Assembly (NCBI RefSeq): GCF_036971445.1
Contig: NC_091469.1
Span: 240,622,001-240,686,000 of the forward strand
DNA from: Narcine bancroftii
Lineage: Eukaryota
Reading direction: 5' to 3'
Length of the DNA stretch: 64,000 nt
Positions 25,301 to 37,845 of the stretch are shown piece after piece. Positions within the stretch are counted from its first letter, which is position 1. Each line of letters starts with the position of its first letter. Under the pieces are notes generated by a model. That model did no database searches. It had not been told where the DNA came from and was given only the letters and a program-made list of their open reading frames with translations. Made by a program: the position numbers and the translations under genes.

Positions 25301-27730
25301 TTGATCGTCCTTGAGACCTGCTCAAGAGAGGACTTTATGGGCTTTCTCACCCAATTCATAATATTTTTGTTTCGACTGCATTATGGCCTTTTCCATTCTA
25401 TAAGTTTGGAGCATATTATATTTCAATTTCTTGTTTGTTAAAGTCCTATAACGGTCCTCTGAGCCTGATTTTTGGAAATCCTTTTGAGGTGAGCAATTCT
25501 TGTTCTAATTCATCCACCTCCTCGTGTATTCTTTCTTTACTATTTTAGTGCATCCAATTATTTTACCCCTCAAATGTGTTTTCAGGGTATCCCATAAGAA
25601 GAATTTATGTGGAGTAGAGGTACAATTAGTCTCACAGAACACATCTATCTGGGCTCTTTCAAAACTACAAAACTCCGGCTTCTTTTAACAGCAATGCATT
25701 GAGACATCACCTGTATCCCGCATCCTGATTATCTGGCATTTCAATCATTAATATCAGAGGCAAATGGTCTGAGGGACGTCTTGCTGTGTACTCAGCCTCC
25801 ATTATCCTATCTTCTACATGGGCTGAAGCCAGGAAAAAAAATCCATTCTAAAGTAGGAGTCATATTGCTTTGAGTAGAAGGAGTAGTCCCTCTCCCTTGG
25901 ATGCTTCCTTCTCCATATGTCTATCAAATTCAGCTCCTTCAAACTGTCAATAGTAGCCCTCACTGCCTTTGTTTTAGTTATTTTCTTTATTGACTTATCT
26001 AGGACAGGATCCAGACAAAAATTAAAATCTTCCCCCAACCCTCTTTTCCCTCTGCCAATCTCAGGAAAATATCCTATATGAACCTTTCATTACCGAAGTT
26101 GGGGGCATACATGTTGACTAAGGTCCAGGGTTCTGAATATATCTGACAGTTCACCAGTATAAATCTTCCTGATTTATCTGTAGTCATACTCTGCACTCTC
26201 ACCAGAACATTCTTCCCTATCAGAATTGCCACCCATCTTGCCTTTGAGCCAAATGAGGAGGCTATTACCTGGTCCACCCTCCCCTTTTCAATTTTTGGTG
26301 TTCTTGCTTTGTTAAGTGAGTTTCTTGGAGAAAGGACAGGTCCACTGCCATTTTTTTTTAATGTTTGCCGTCTCTCTTACTTTTCACCAGTCCGTTCAAG
26401 CGATTAACATTGAAACTAATGTACTTTATACTCTTAACCATTGCCCCGAAGACTCTCAGACCTGTGTTTCTTCTGCACCTCCACTGTCCAATATCCATTG
26501 TTCATCCAACCTTTTACCTTCAGCTGTCTGCTCCAGCTCACCAGGTCCACGACAAACACTGGGAAAATAAAACAAGGACAAAGACAACAAGCCCAAAAAA
26601 GAGAAAAAAACAAAACAGCAAATTGACACCACATAGATCTCCCATCCACACCCTTGTTCCATCCATTGTTCCCCTCTCCCTCCTTTGGTGACTGTTTCCC
26701 CTGCCTTGTCACCATCCCCCTCCATATAATAGGTTGTGTGTATCATACCCATCCACCTCCCCACCGACCACCAAGAGCACCCCAGACCATTTTTCTTGTT
26801 GCATTCTTCCCATTCTTATTTTTATGCACAAATAATAAACCCTTAATTCTTATTAGCCCACTATCATTATTTACAATGCTTTCTCACTTTCCATGATACA
26901 TTGACCACTTCTTTTAGACTCCCAATTATTGTTAACCCATTGTACCTTAATAAATTCCATTCCAGTATTGTTAGTTATTACATACTGGAAGCTGCCTGAC
27001 AAACTGCGAGGCTTCCTTTGTTTCGGAGAAGAATGTTCTCTCCCCACCCCGGCATCGATGTCTTCAGAGTGGCTGGGTATCTAATTGCAGTCTTATATCC
27101 CTTCTGCTTTGCTACCCTCTTTATTGGCTCCAACTCTTTACTTTGGCAGCAGGTCCAGGTAGAAAATCACTGTGTTACCATCCAGTTCATGCGCCCCACC
27201 CCCATCCCGCTCTTGCCCCCATGACTGCAGCACTCAAAATTTTTCCCAGTCTTGGTAGCGCAACAGCTTCACCAGCACCAGGTGCGGCCTCTGACCAGGG
27301 CCCATGCACGAGAAGAAGGACCTATGGGCCTATTCTATTTCCTTGCTTCTCCCTCCCCAGGGTCTCCAGCTCTACCAGCACAGGAAAAAGGCCACAGAGT
27401 TCCCTCCATCGTTGATGCGCTAGTATCTCCTGTCTCTTCTGCCAAGGGGCTGAGGTCTCCCGCACGCCCCCTCCTTGTCCTCTTACTGTCTATTGGGCTT
27501 TGGGTTCTAGTGCCCCTGGAGTTCTGGCCCCCATGGGAGTTGGCCCCTCCCTGGTCCCCCATCTCCCAACGACTAGTCCCCGACCTCATCATTGGATCTT
27601 TCTGGATCAGTAGCCTCACTGCTGACCGTTTACCCGGGCGAGCCTCGGGTACTCTCCTCAGGTCGCATCGCCGCCACCACCATTGGGGCTGTTAGGGCTC
27701 CAGGTCCACGATCTCCCATGCCATCTTGAT
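22375..27730 (-). mobile_element. L1-clade LINE, near full length, degraded
   Basis: Endonuclease (SSFGSKARWVAILI, LVNMYAPN, DFNFCLDP, LIDIWR), RT-region (IKYIGI, GRVNCVKMNVLPR, PDFKKYYWAAQLR) and C-terminal CFRC..HTTWEC peptides. T-rich tail at about 22.38 kb. Confidence 0.9.
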
Positions 27731-27899
27731 CCCGTTGAGTCGGGCTGAATCAAGCTTCTCTATTCACAATCGCCTCACTGGTCATTTTTTGCTGGCTGGC
27801 ATTTTTCTTTCTCATCTTTGGCAGGCAAAGATCACCGGCATGGAAAAAGAGCAGACTTTTCGATTCCTCTATTTTGTTGCCTCCTCCCTCCCATCCCCC

Positions 27900-28490
27900 T
27901 CCCCCACTATGGTAGAAGGTGGATTTCATTCCACCCCGCCCCCACTGTGGACAGTGTAGAAGGTGGTTCTCATTCCTACCCCCTCCCCCCACTGTGGACA
28001 GGGGAGGAGGTGGGTTTCATTCCCACGCTCCTCCTGCCACTGTGGATAGAGGAGAAGGTGGTTCTCATTCCCCCCCTCCCACCCCTCATTGTGGACAGGG
28101 GAGAAGGTGGGTTTCATTCCCACGCTCCTCCTGCCACTGTGGATAGAGGAGAAGGTGGTTCTCATTCCCCCCTCCCACCCCTCATTGTGGACAGGGGAGA
28201 AGGTGGGTTTCATTCCCACGCTCCTCCTGCCACTGTGGATAGAGGAGAAGGTGGTTCTCATTCCCCCCTCCCACCCCTCATTGTGGACAGGGGAGGTGGG
28301 TTTCATTCCCACACTCCTCCTGCCACTGTGCATAGAGGAGAAGGTGGTTCTCATTCCCCCCTCCCACCCCTCATTGTGGACAGGGGAGAAGGTGGGTTTC
28401 ATTCCCATGCTCCTCCTGCCACTGTGGATAGAGGAGAAGGTGGTTCTCATTTCCCCCCTCCCACCCCTCATTGTGGACAGGGGAGAAGGT
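27900..28490. repeat. About 94-bp minisatellite (dimer of about 47-bp subunits), roughly 6 copies
   Basis: cactgtggatagaggagaaggtggttctcattcc / cattgtggacaggggagaaggtgggtttcattcc alternate. Confidence 0.92.
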
Positions 28491-29319
28491 TTTCCTTCAT
28501 TTGTAGATGGGTGAATCATGAGGGTGGGGAAGGAGTCTGGCTGTTCAGTGACAGATGTTGTTTGTTGGCTGACACCATGTTGCTGTGAAAGATGGAAGGA
28601 AGTGGTCAAAGTGTCATCTGTCCATGAGGTGGGGAGTGGACAGTGAGGCAGTGGGAAGACACTGGGGAGAAATGTTTTATCAACTGGGAAGGAAAGGAAG
28701 CAGGGACAAAAAGAAGTGTGTTTTGAGTGGAAGACAAAGGGAAGCAAAGTGCAGGAGTCGGAGAGAGAAAGGGAGTATGAGGAAGTGGCTTGAATGAAAG
28801 TGTGGAATGGCAGGGAGTGTGTGCAGGTTGGGTCCAGTGTGCAGCATGTGCCTGTATTGTTGCTGGTCTCTCTGTGCGGTTGTTCAGCAGGGATACACTA
28901 ACATGATATTTCAGTTACTGAATATAATTCAGAAGCCAGCTTTATGGTCTGGACACACAAGTTCAAATCAAACCACAGCAGCGGGGAGGTCAAATGTAAT
29001 TTCAGTAAAGGTATGAAATGAACGGCCTGTATCAGTTGTTATGACGTTGAAAAATAGATTGGATTTTAAGTATGAGACTGACATGCTTCAGCGAAGATTA
29101 TGTGCTGACTTTTCCTGGTCTGGTCTGTGCATTACTCAAGGCACAAAGTGCAGAAGGTGATCCTTTACTGTGAAATGGCCCAGTGATCCACCCAGTTCAA
29201 GAGCAGTTAAGGATGGGAACAAATATTGGATTTCTCCAAATCTCATGAATGAAGAAATAAATGTCTCGCACTTTTATACTGTGTTCTGACTGATCCACCA
29301 CTATGTGGTCTTCTATGTT

Positions 29320-29530
29320 GGGGTGGAATGGTCAGCATAGCGATCAGCGCAACACTCTTGTGGCACAATTGATTTAGTTCAAATCCAGCGCTGTCTGTGT
29401 GGGATTTCTTCGGGTGCTCCAGTTTCCTCCCACCCTTCTAAACATACTGGGGTTGTAGGTCAATAAGGTGTAATTGGGCAGTACGGGTTCATGTGCCAGA
29501 AGGGCATGTTACCGGGCTGTATTTATGTTT
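29320..29530 (+). mobile_element. HE1/V-SINE-like SINE
   Basis: gggtgctccagtttcctcccac core and tail. Confidence 0.7.
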
Positions 29531-29982
29531 ACATTTATAAATCAATCCCACTGGATTGGAATTAATTTCTGATCTAAATTGCAATGCAATTAATTCAATC
29601 TTTTGTAATTTTATGACTGTTTCACTCTCATCTTATCTTCGATTGTTGCATCATAGTGTTGAATTGTTTACATGGAAACTCCATGGACAGATTGTTTTCA
29701 TTAGTATCAAATCCTTGAGGCTTGTTTGCACATGGGGCAGGCCATCTCCCCCCCAAGACCTGGCCCTCAGTCAGATTCACCCATTGTTTGTTCCTGTGAT
29801 TTATTCCCCATGATCTGAATTGGGGCCATATTCAACACATACCTGCTCTGCACTTTGGGTTTGGGGCACTGGGATTTTCTCCCAATATGTTCTTTTTGAT
29901 GCAGTCTCAGAAATGTTGACCAGGTATAAAATTATGAACTGTAGCCATTTGTCTGAAGTGGGATTGAGAATTTGATCCTGTA

Positions 29983-30332
29983 CAGGTACACAATCCTTTA
30001 TCCGGGCATCTAAAATGCAGAAAGCTCCAAAAACTGGCAAGTGGAGAGAGAGACGCAGTGCAAGTCGGGCGGGCGAGGGGGGAGACTGGTAGTGTGAGTC
30101 AGGCAGGCGAGGGGGGGAGACAGGCAGCACGAGTTGGGCAAGCGATGGGGGGGAGACTGTCAACGCGAGTGGGCGAGGGGGGGGTGAGATGGCATCGCGA
30201 CTGGAAGGGGGTGGGGGTGGATACAGCAGCACAATTTGGGTGGGCTTAAATCTGGCTTTCCAAAATCCAGAAAAATCTGAAATTTGGAACATGCTGTCTC
30301 ACAAGGGTTCCGGATAAAGGATTGTGCACCTT
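29983..30332. mobile_element. Tc1/mariner-pogo-type MITE
   Basis: TIRs caggtacacaatcctttatccgg / ccggataaaggattgtgcacctt flanked by TA. Confidence 0.8.
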
Positions 30333-31175
30333 TACTTCTTCCAAAATAATTAATTTTCTTGTATGAAATATTTCTCATATATGGGAACCAGACCATTCTC
30401 CAAGATAAATCACATGTTCTGAACTCTGTACTAACCCCTCATGACATTGAATGTGATTAATTATACAGAAAAATCATGTTGCCTTTGCCCTGTACTAACT
30501 GATCTCTCTCTGTAACGTTGCACTCTATACTGTGGTTTACTTGCTGTACTATCTACAGGATGACCACCTCACAGAAATCTTTCTCAGTGCACTTCAGAAC
30601 ATGTGACAATAAAGCACCTTATGACTTGAGAATTAACCGTACCATCTAGCCCTGGGGTGGGGGTCTGCTATTTCCCGTTAATTGCTTTTACTGAGGTTAC
30701 CCCACTATCTATGACTGGGGTGTATTCTTCCAGTATCCCGTCCAGGGGCCTTTCATTTCCCAATGTCTGACCCTTGGACTTAGTTCACTTGTATCAGGTG
30801 CTGGTGGGTATTACCCAAATATGTGTGGTGTCCTGTTCTATTCTGGGTTGGTATTAATCCAGTCCCTGTCCATGTATTCTTGTGGTTTCCAATGTGCAGT
30901 ACAGACCATAACCTGGAAGGACAGGCAGACTCTCCTTATTATAGGAGACGGACCCTCAGAGACAGATGGATTCCCCCTTTTCTAGGACCCTCCTGGTTAA
31001 GTGGTCTGTCACACTTGCAGGAGATGGATCCCATGGAGAAATGGCTCATCCTTCTGCTCTAAGATGGTTCCTCATGGACAGGTGGTCTCTCATTATTTTC
31101 TGAGGAGGTCCCTAAAGGAAAGGCAGTCTGAATACCAGTAGGGATCTGAAGTGAGATCTGCACCTTGTTTTTTTT

Positions 31176-31415
31176 TTAATTTAGATGTACAGCACGGTAA
31201 CAGGCAAATTCGGCCCTACAAGTCCGTGCCGCCCAATTTCACCCAATTAACCTACAACCCCCAGTATGTTTTGTACAGTGGGAGGAAACCAGGGTCCCCA
31301 GGGAAAACCCACACATACACAGGCAGAATGTATAGACTGTCCTTATGGACAGTGCTGGTTTCAAACCCCGGTCAGGTTCCGATCACTGGCACTGTAGCAG
31401 CATTGCATTAACTGC
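31176..31415 (-). mobile_element. HE1/V-SINE-like SINE
   Basis: Same core and tail as the other copies. Confidence 0.78.
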
Positions 31416-31694
31416 ACTTGGGCTCAGGTTTTAGGTGTAGAGGTTTCCATTGTTCAAACACAACTCTCGTTTGATTTCAATGTTTGAGCCCAGGATCATT
31501 GTCCCAAACACTCAGCAACATTCTGTCACATTTGCTATGTCAAGGCCCAGAGAACAGGAGTAAAATGGAAAGGCCCAATGACCCAGGGTTGTGTAGGGCC
31601 CCTGACTGTATCTTCTGTTGATTGTGTCATAATTGAAATGGAAGCTGGGAGGGTGGGCCTCATGGGATATGTCCGACATTGGTCATTTGGTTAC

Positions 31695-31837
31695 CTTGAC
31701 CACAGTGACAAAGGTGCTGTAGAGGAAACTGATGATGAACAGAATGGCAAAGGCAATAACTGTAATCACGTTGTCATCTCCGTCCAAGTCTCCTGGTTCT
31801 TTCTTTACTTCTTCTCCTATCCATTCAGTGCAGGCTT
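31695..31837 (-). CDS. IgW: IgH transmembrane exon TM1 (IgW-like)
   Basis: Acceptor ATTGCAG and donor AAG|GTAACC. Reads EACTEWIGEEVKKEPGDLDGDDNVITVIAFAILFIISFLYSTFVTVVK: acidic spacer plus the conserved antigen-receptor TM motif (F..LF..S..YST.VT). Confidence 0.9.
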
Positions 31838-32754
31838 CTGCAATAATTGGGAAAACAGGAAAGTTAGTTTCCTCCATATGTTTCACGAAGACCAACAACA
31901 TCTCAATGAAATGAAGACTGCAAGAAGACAGGAACACAGGAGGCATGAGCCATTTCCTGAGATTGTGGACGATCTTGGAACCAATTGCATTACCTGACTT
32001 TCCCATTAAAACCTTGGGTCAGCAAAAATTCTCCACTCTCAGACTGAAAATAAACTTTGGAGCCAGCATTGACTGCTGCCTTGTAAAACGGTGCAAAAAC
32101 ACCTGTAAACCTTTTCCCTGCACAATGTCTGTGGGACAATTCTGAGACCCGGGCTGCATCAAACGGAGGAAAAAGTCACAGGACTGATCTTCACATTTTT
32201 TGGACAGCAGAGTTATCTGTTCAGACAAAGTTCTGATCCTCAAAGAGTGATGAAGAAACAAGTTCAAGGTGAATCTTTAGCCCCTTTCACTCTGGCACTT
32301 GAACCCAATACTTAACCGCCAATTTACCGCTTCACCTGCCAGTATGAACATTCCCAAACAAATTGATCCATGAATTGAACGCCTAGGGAAGTAGTATCAT
32401 TGCCACTTTGAATCAACATAAAGTGAATAGGACACGCAGTATGTCAGAGCCAGTTAGTGACGTGTTGATGACGTTCTTGGGTGCATGCAGGAACGTGAAG
32501 GAAACAACACTGATTTTAAAAAGTGTAAAGTTTCTATTCAATTTACTAAATTCGCAAACCTGATCTTGCATTTAAACAAAATTATTCATGCCTAATTTAA
32601 ACATAATTATGTACAGCACAGTACGAGACCTTCAGCCCATGTTCTTGTGCTGACCTACGGAAACCTACTTCAGTATCAGAAAATTGTAGAGGGAATAAAA
32701 CACAAATAAGAGTGTGGGGAAAATATGCACACAATTTAATAAATCAAGTGAATA

Positions 32755-34958
32755 CACACACACCCACAGACGCGCACACACATACACACCCACAGACGCG
32801 CACACACATACACACCCACAGACGCGCACACACATACACACCCACAGACGCGCACACACATACACACCCACAGACGCGCACACACATACACACCCACAGA
32901 CGCGCACACACATACACACCCACAGACGCGCACACACATACACACCCACAGACGCGCACACACATACACACCCACAGACGCGCACACACATACACACCCA
33001 CAGACGCGCACACACATACACACCCACAGACGCGCACACACATACACACCCACAGACGCGCACACACATACACACCCACAGACGCGCACACACATACACA
33101 CCCACAGACGCGCACACACATACACACCCACAGACGCGCACACACATACACACCCACAGACGCGCACACACATACACACCCACAGACGCGCACACACATA
33201 CACACCCACAGACGCGCACACACATACACACCCACAGACGCGCACACACATACACACCCACAGACGCGCACACACATACACACCCACAGACGCGCACACA
33301 CATACACACCCACAGACGCGCACACACATACACACCCACAGACGCGCACACACATACACACCCACAGACGCGCACACACATACACACCCACAGACGCGCA
33401 CACACATACACACCCACAGACGCGCACACACATACACACCCACAGACGCGCACACACATACACACCCACAGACGCGCACACACATACACACCCACAGACG
33501 CGCACACACATACACACCCACAGACGCGCACACACCCCTCCCACAGACGCGCACACACCCCTCCCACAGACGCACACACCCCTCCCACAGACGCACACAC
33601 CCCTCCCACAGACGCACACACCCCTCCCACAGACGCACACACCCCTCCCACAGACGCACACACCCCTCCCACAGACGCACACACCCCTCCCACAGACGCA
33701 CACACCCCTCCCACAGACGCACACACCCCTCCCACAGACGCACACACCCCTCCCACAGACGCACACACCCCTCCCACAGACGCACACACCCCTCCCACAG
33801 ACGCACACACCCCTCCCACAGACGCACACACCCCTCCCACAGACGCACACACCCCTCCCACAGACGCACACACCCCTCCCACAGACGCACACACCCCTCC
33901 CACAGACGCACACACCCCTCCCACAGACGCACACACCCCTCCCACAGACGCACACACCCCTCCCACAGACGCACACACCCCTCCCACAGACGCACACACC
34001 CCTCCCACAGACGCACACACCCCTCCCACAGACGCACACACCCCTCCCACAGACGCACACACCCCTCCCACAGACGCACACACCCCTCCCACAGACGCAC
34101 ACACCCCTCCCACAGACGCACACACCCCTCCCACAGACGCACACACCCCTCCCACAGACGCACACACCCCAGACAGACGCACACACCCCCACAGGTACAC
34201 ACACACCCCCACAGGTACACACACACCCCCACAGACACACACCCCCACAGACACACACCCCCACAGACACACACCCCCACAGACACACACCCCCACAGAC
34301 ACACACCCCCACAGACACACACCCCCACAGACACACACCCCCACAGACACACACCCCCACAGACACACACCCCCACAGACACACACCCCCACAGACACAC
34401 ACCCCCACAGACACACACCCCCACAGACACACACCCCCACAGACACACACCCCCACAGACACACACCCCCACAGACACACACCCCCACAGACACACACCC
34501 CCACAGACACACACCCCCACAGACACACACCCCCACAGACACACACCCCCACAGACACACACCCCCACAGACACACACCCCCACAGACACACACCCCCAC
34601 AGACACACACCCCCACAGACACACACCCCCACAGACACACACCCCCACAGACACACACCCCCACAGACACACACCCCCACAGACACCCACCCCCACAGAC
34701 ACCCACCCCCACAGACACCCACCCCCACAGACACCCACCCCCACAGACACCCACCCCCACAGACACCCACCCCCACAGACACCCACCCCCACAGACACCC
34801 ACCCCCACAGACACCCCCACCCCCACAGACACCCCCACCCCCACAGACACCCCCACCCCCACAGACACCCCCACCCCCACAGACACCCCCACCCCCACAG
34901 ACACCCCCACCCCCACAGACACCCCCACCCCCACAGACACCCCCACCCCCACAGACAC
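32755..34958. repeat. Compound CA-rich minisatellite (26-, 21-, 16- and 18-bp unit blocks)
   Basis: All units share cacagac. Blocks are internally homogeneous and the array runs into a gap. Confidence 0.97.
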
Positions 34959-35163
34959 NNNNNNNNNNNNNNNNNNNNNNNNNNNNNNNNNNNNNNNNNN
35001 NNNNNNNNNNNNNNNNNNNNNNNNNNNNNNNNNNNNNNNNNNNNNNNNNNNNNNNNNNNNNNNNNNNNNNNNNNNNNNNNNNNNNNNNNNNNNNNNNNNN
35101 NNNNNNNNNNNNNNNNNNNNNNNNNNNNNNNNNNNNNNNNNNNNNNNNNNNNNNNNNNNNNNN
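34959..35163. other. Assembly gap (N run)
   Basis: Ns. Confidence 0.99.
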
Positions 35164-35855
35164 CACACACACAAATACAACAAGTGGGTACATATAACAA
35201 TCAAGGATAGATATGTCTGTGAGAGAGAGAGGGAAGGGAGAGAAAGATGGGGAGAGAGAAAGGGTGGGGAGGGAGGAAGAAAGAGACAGACAGAGAGAAA
35301 GACAGGGTGAGTGAAAGAGTGAGGAAGACTGCAGACCCGCAAGGTACTAGTCGCATTTTCCTTTAATGCCCCCATGTCCCAGTATGTCTTGGCATAATTA
35401 AAGACCTGTATGCACGGAGCACTCATGAGGGGTTTCTTTTCCGCGCAGAATTCTGAGGGTAGATCTGCCATTGCTCAATGCGTCACTCAGGACATCACCA
35501 CTGGAGATAGGTGCCCCTTTGCTCTGCGCTAGGTAATATAGAAAGGGCTCACAGAAATGATTTTCCTTGGCAAATGGCCCTACCTGTATTTCAAAACAGT
35601 TAATTCACCTGCCAATTTAGCAGTTTGCCAATGTGAAAGGGGCTTTTGACCTAGTCACCATTCCCACTGATTGGTGAACGAATCACAATATCTTATCCCA
35701 AAACAGTAAGCATTGTATACCTTAAGGAGCAGGTATTACAAAAGAAAGAAATTTGTCCTCTGTTATTTCAACTTGCAATCTATCTGTCATATTCCAGGGG
35801 TCCCTGGAGGTACTTTCTTGAAGCAGGTTTGCATTTACAACAGTACAGCTACTAT

Positions 35856-36069
35856 TCAAGAACCATGGAAACATGGAATTCTAAAGACACAGCCAGTTGA
35901 ACGTCTTGGAGCACAACGGCTACTTGGGAGGGTAATGGAGTCAGGACAGTAACTGCGGTTCTGGAAACTGCTCTTACATGGTCTATAACTGATAGCATGG
36001 AATGGCTGTTTGAGTCGCTTCCCATCCACTGACCGATGACGAGCTGGCTCCTGGAATGGCAGGATACTG
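35856..36069 (-). pseudogene. Candidate degenerate cysteine-rich secretory-tail exon of IgW
   Basis: Phase-1 acceptor TGCACAG gives AVSCH. A second frame carries 5 Cys ending ...TGCVFRIPCFHGS*. It lies between the last C exon and the TM exon and needs a frameshift. Tentative. Confidence 0.28.
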
Positions 36070-37139
36070 CTGTGCATGAATTTGATTTGCCTGAATTGTT
36101 AGATGCCAGAATCCCAGTTGACACTCAATATGATTATTCAATTATTTTGTTTTTACCATATGATTTGTAGTGAATTTTTTTTTTTGAATACTTTATTTTA
36201 ATTTAAAAAAAAAATACAAGTACTAAGCCCGCCTCTCCCAAACTGCAGTGGACTGTGAGTCAGCTGAAGACATCTTTGTCCCTATTCCTCCTGAGACCTG
36301 AGTCTTCACCTGCACTTTACATCCAGGTTACACTGAACTGCTCAAAATCACTGAGAGACAGCTCACACACAGCGATCACCAACCTCCTCCTGCCATTCTA
36401 GTGACAGGCAGGCTCGCTCAAAGTTTCTAACATGCTGGTGTCCAAACCTTGATCTTCCTATTATTGTCATCCTGAAACTGTCACTGACAAGGCCGGCATT
36501 TCTTGCTCTACTCCACTGACTGACTTGCCAGGCCTATCAGAGAGATGGGGGAGTTTGTGTGTGACTGAGTGTAGAAGGCAGGTGTCCTTTACAAAAGGAC
36601 ATTAATGAACCTGTTAATTTTATGTTTCTTTCACAGTTTCACCATCTCTTCGACTGGCAACGGCAACTTGTTTCCCGTTGTTGAGTTCTAGTTTAAAAAA
36701 CCCTGTACTATCCCATCAGGTTGTGTGTTGAAGCCATTCTCCAAAGGCTTTGAGCTTGATCAAGCACAGCAGCATTGCTCTCCTCTGTGATGGCTACTGC
36801 GGTGTTCAGAAAGATGTGGTTGAGGTGGTTACATTAGGATCCTTTAAGAGACTTTTGGATAGAAAAATAGAGGGATATGGGTAAGCCAGTAATTTCTACG
36901 GTAGGGACATGTTCAGTACAATTTTGTGGGCTGAAGGGCCTGTATTGTGCTGTAGGTTTTCTATGTTTCTATGTGAAATGACATCAGTGAATATAATTCT
37001 TGCTGCTCTATGCATTGAGGTTATCAGCTCACTCACACAAGCACGAAAATATCACATCGATCTTTCAGTGAACTAACTTGGTCCCAGTTTGTGGCATGGG
37101 CAAAGCTTGTCAAGATTGGAGAGAATCCCAGGACCGTAC

Positions 37140-37454
37140 CTTGCATGTTTTTCACCTCCCGGCTGATACTGGTGTTAGAGAGGGGATGAGACACTGTACA
37201 GCTGAAGACCGAGCCTTTCTTCCACTCCTCTGTCCTCACAGTCAGGAAGTGGCTGGCAGTGAAAATGCCCGCCTGCTCCAGAGCAGTCCATGTAGTGCGG
37301 GTGTCAAAGATCAGGGAGCTGTCTTTCTCCCAGGTGACATTGATGAGGTCTGGGTAGAATCCAAAGACCACACACTCCAGGGTGGCCGTGTTCCTACTCT
37401 TGGTGTCTTCATGTGGTTGCGCCAGCAGTTGGACCTCGGGTCCTTTTATCTCAA
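37140..37454 (-). CDS. IgW: IgW constant-domain exon (Cw4-like; homologous to IgNAR C3)
   Basis: Acceptor TTCCAG and donor G|GTACGG, 88-bp intron from the preceding exon. Open frame VEIKGPEV...TATLECVVFGFYPDLINVTWEKD...TALEQAGIFTAS...EEWKKGSVFSCTVSHP. Confidence 0.9.
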
Positions 37455-37542
37455 CTGGAACAGACGAGCAAAGAAAGGAGAAGTAAACATTTTTACTCAA
37501 GGTCACAGATGTTGTCCATCTAATCGCTGACCTTTTGCACAC

Positions 37543-37845
37543 CTTTGGTACTCTGTGTCTGTGCTGACACTGGTGAGGATGAAGAAGATCCTTGGGCGGA
37601 ACAAGTGTACACGGCCCAACTGCACCACTCCTCCACACTGGTCTGGAATCGGCTGATCATTGTGCTTTGTGTCCCTTCCTCTCTCAGTTGTTGGGTCACA
37701 TCTCCTTTCATTCTCTCCCTTCTGCTCACTTGCCAGTCGATTTGGCCCTGGCTCAGACCAGCACCCACAACCAGGCAAACCAGTGTAGCGGTCTTGTTGA
37801 TCCAAATCTCTTCAGTGGATGGATTTTGTAAATAGACGGACAATT
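37543..37845 (-). CDS. IgW: IgW constant-domain exon (Cw3-like; homologous to IgNAR C2)
   Basis: Acceptor CTGCAG and donor G|GTGTGC, phase 1/1. Open frame ELSVYLQNPSTEEIWINKTATLVCLV...W...ISRFQTSVEEW...YTC is a C1-set Ig domain with the EEIWxxKxATLVC signature. Confidence 0.88.

Noticed and set aside
27818-28747. Repetitive ORFs and repeated cactgtg (RSS heptamer-like) words
   Set aside because: Part of a 94-bp minisatellite; no nonamers at 12/23 spacing and no Ig coding segments.
32665-35471. 800-900 aa ORFs on both strands
   Set aside because: Stop-free simple repeat plus an N gap; open in nearly all frames.
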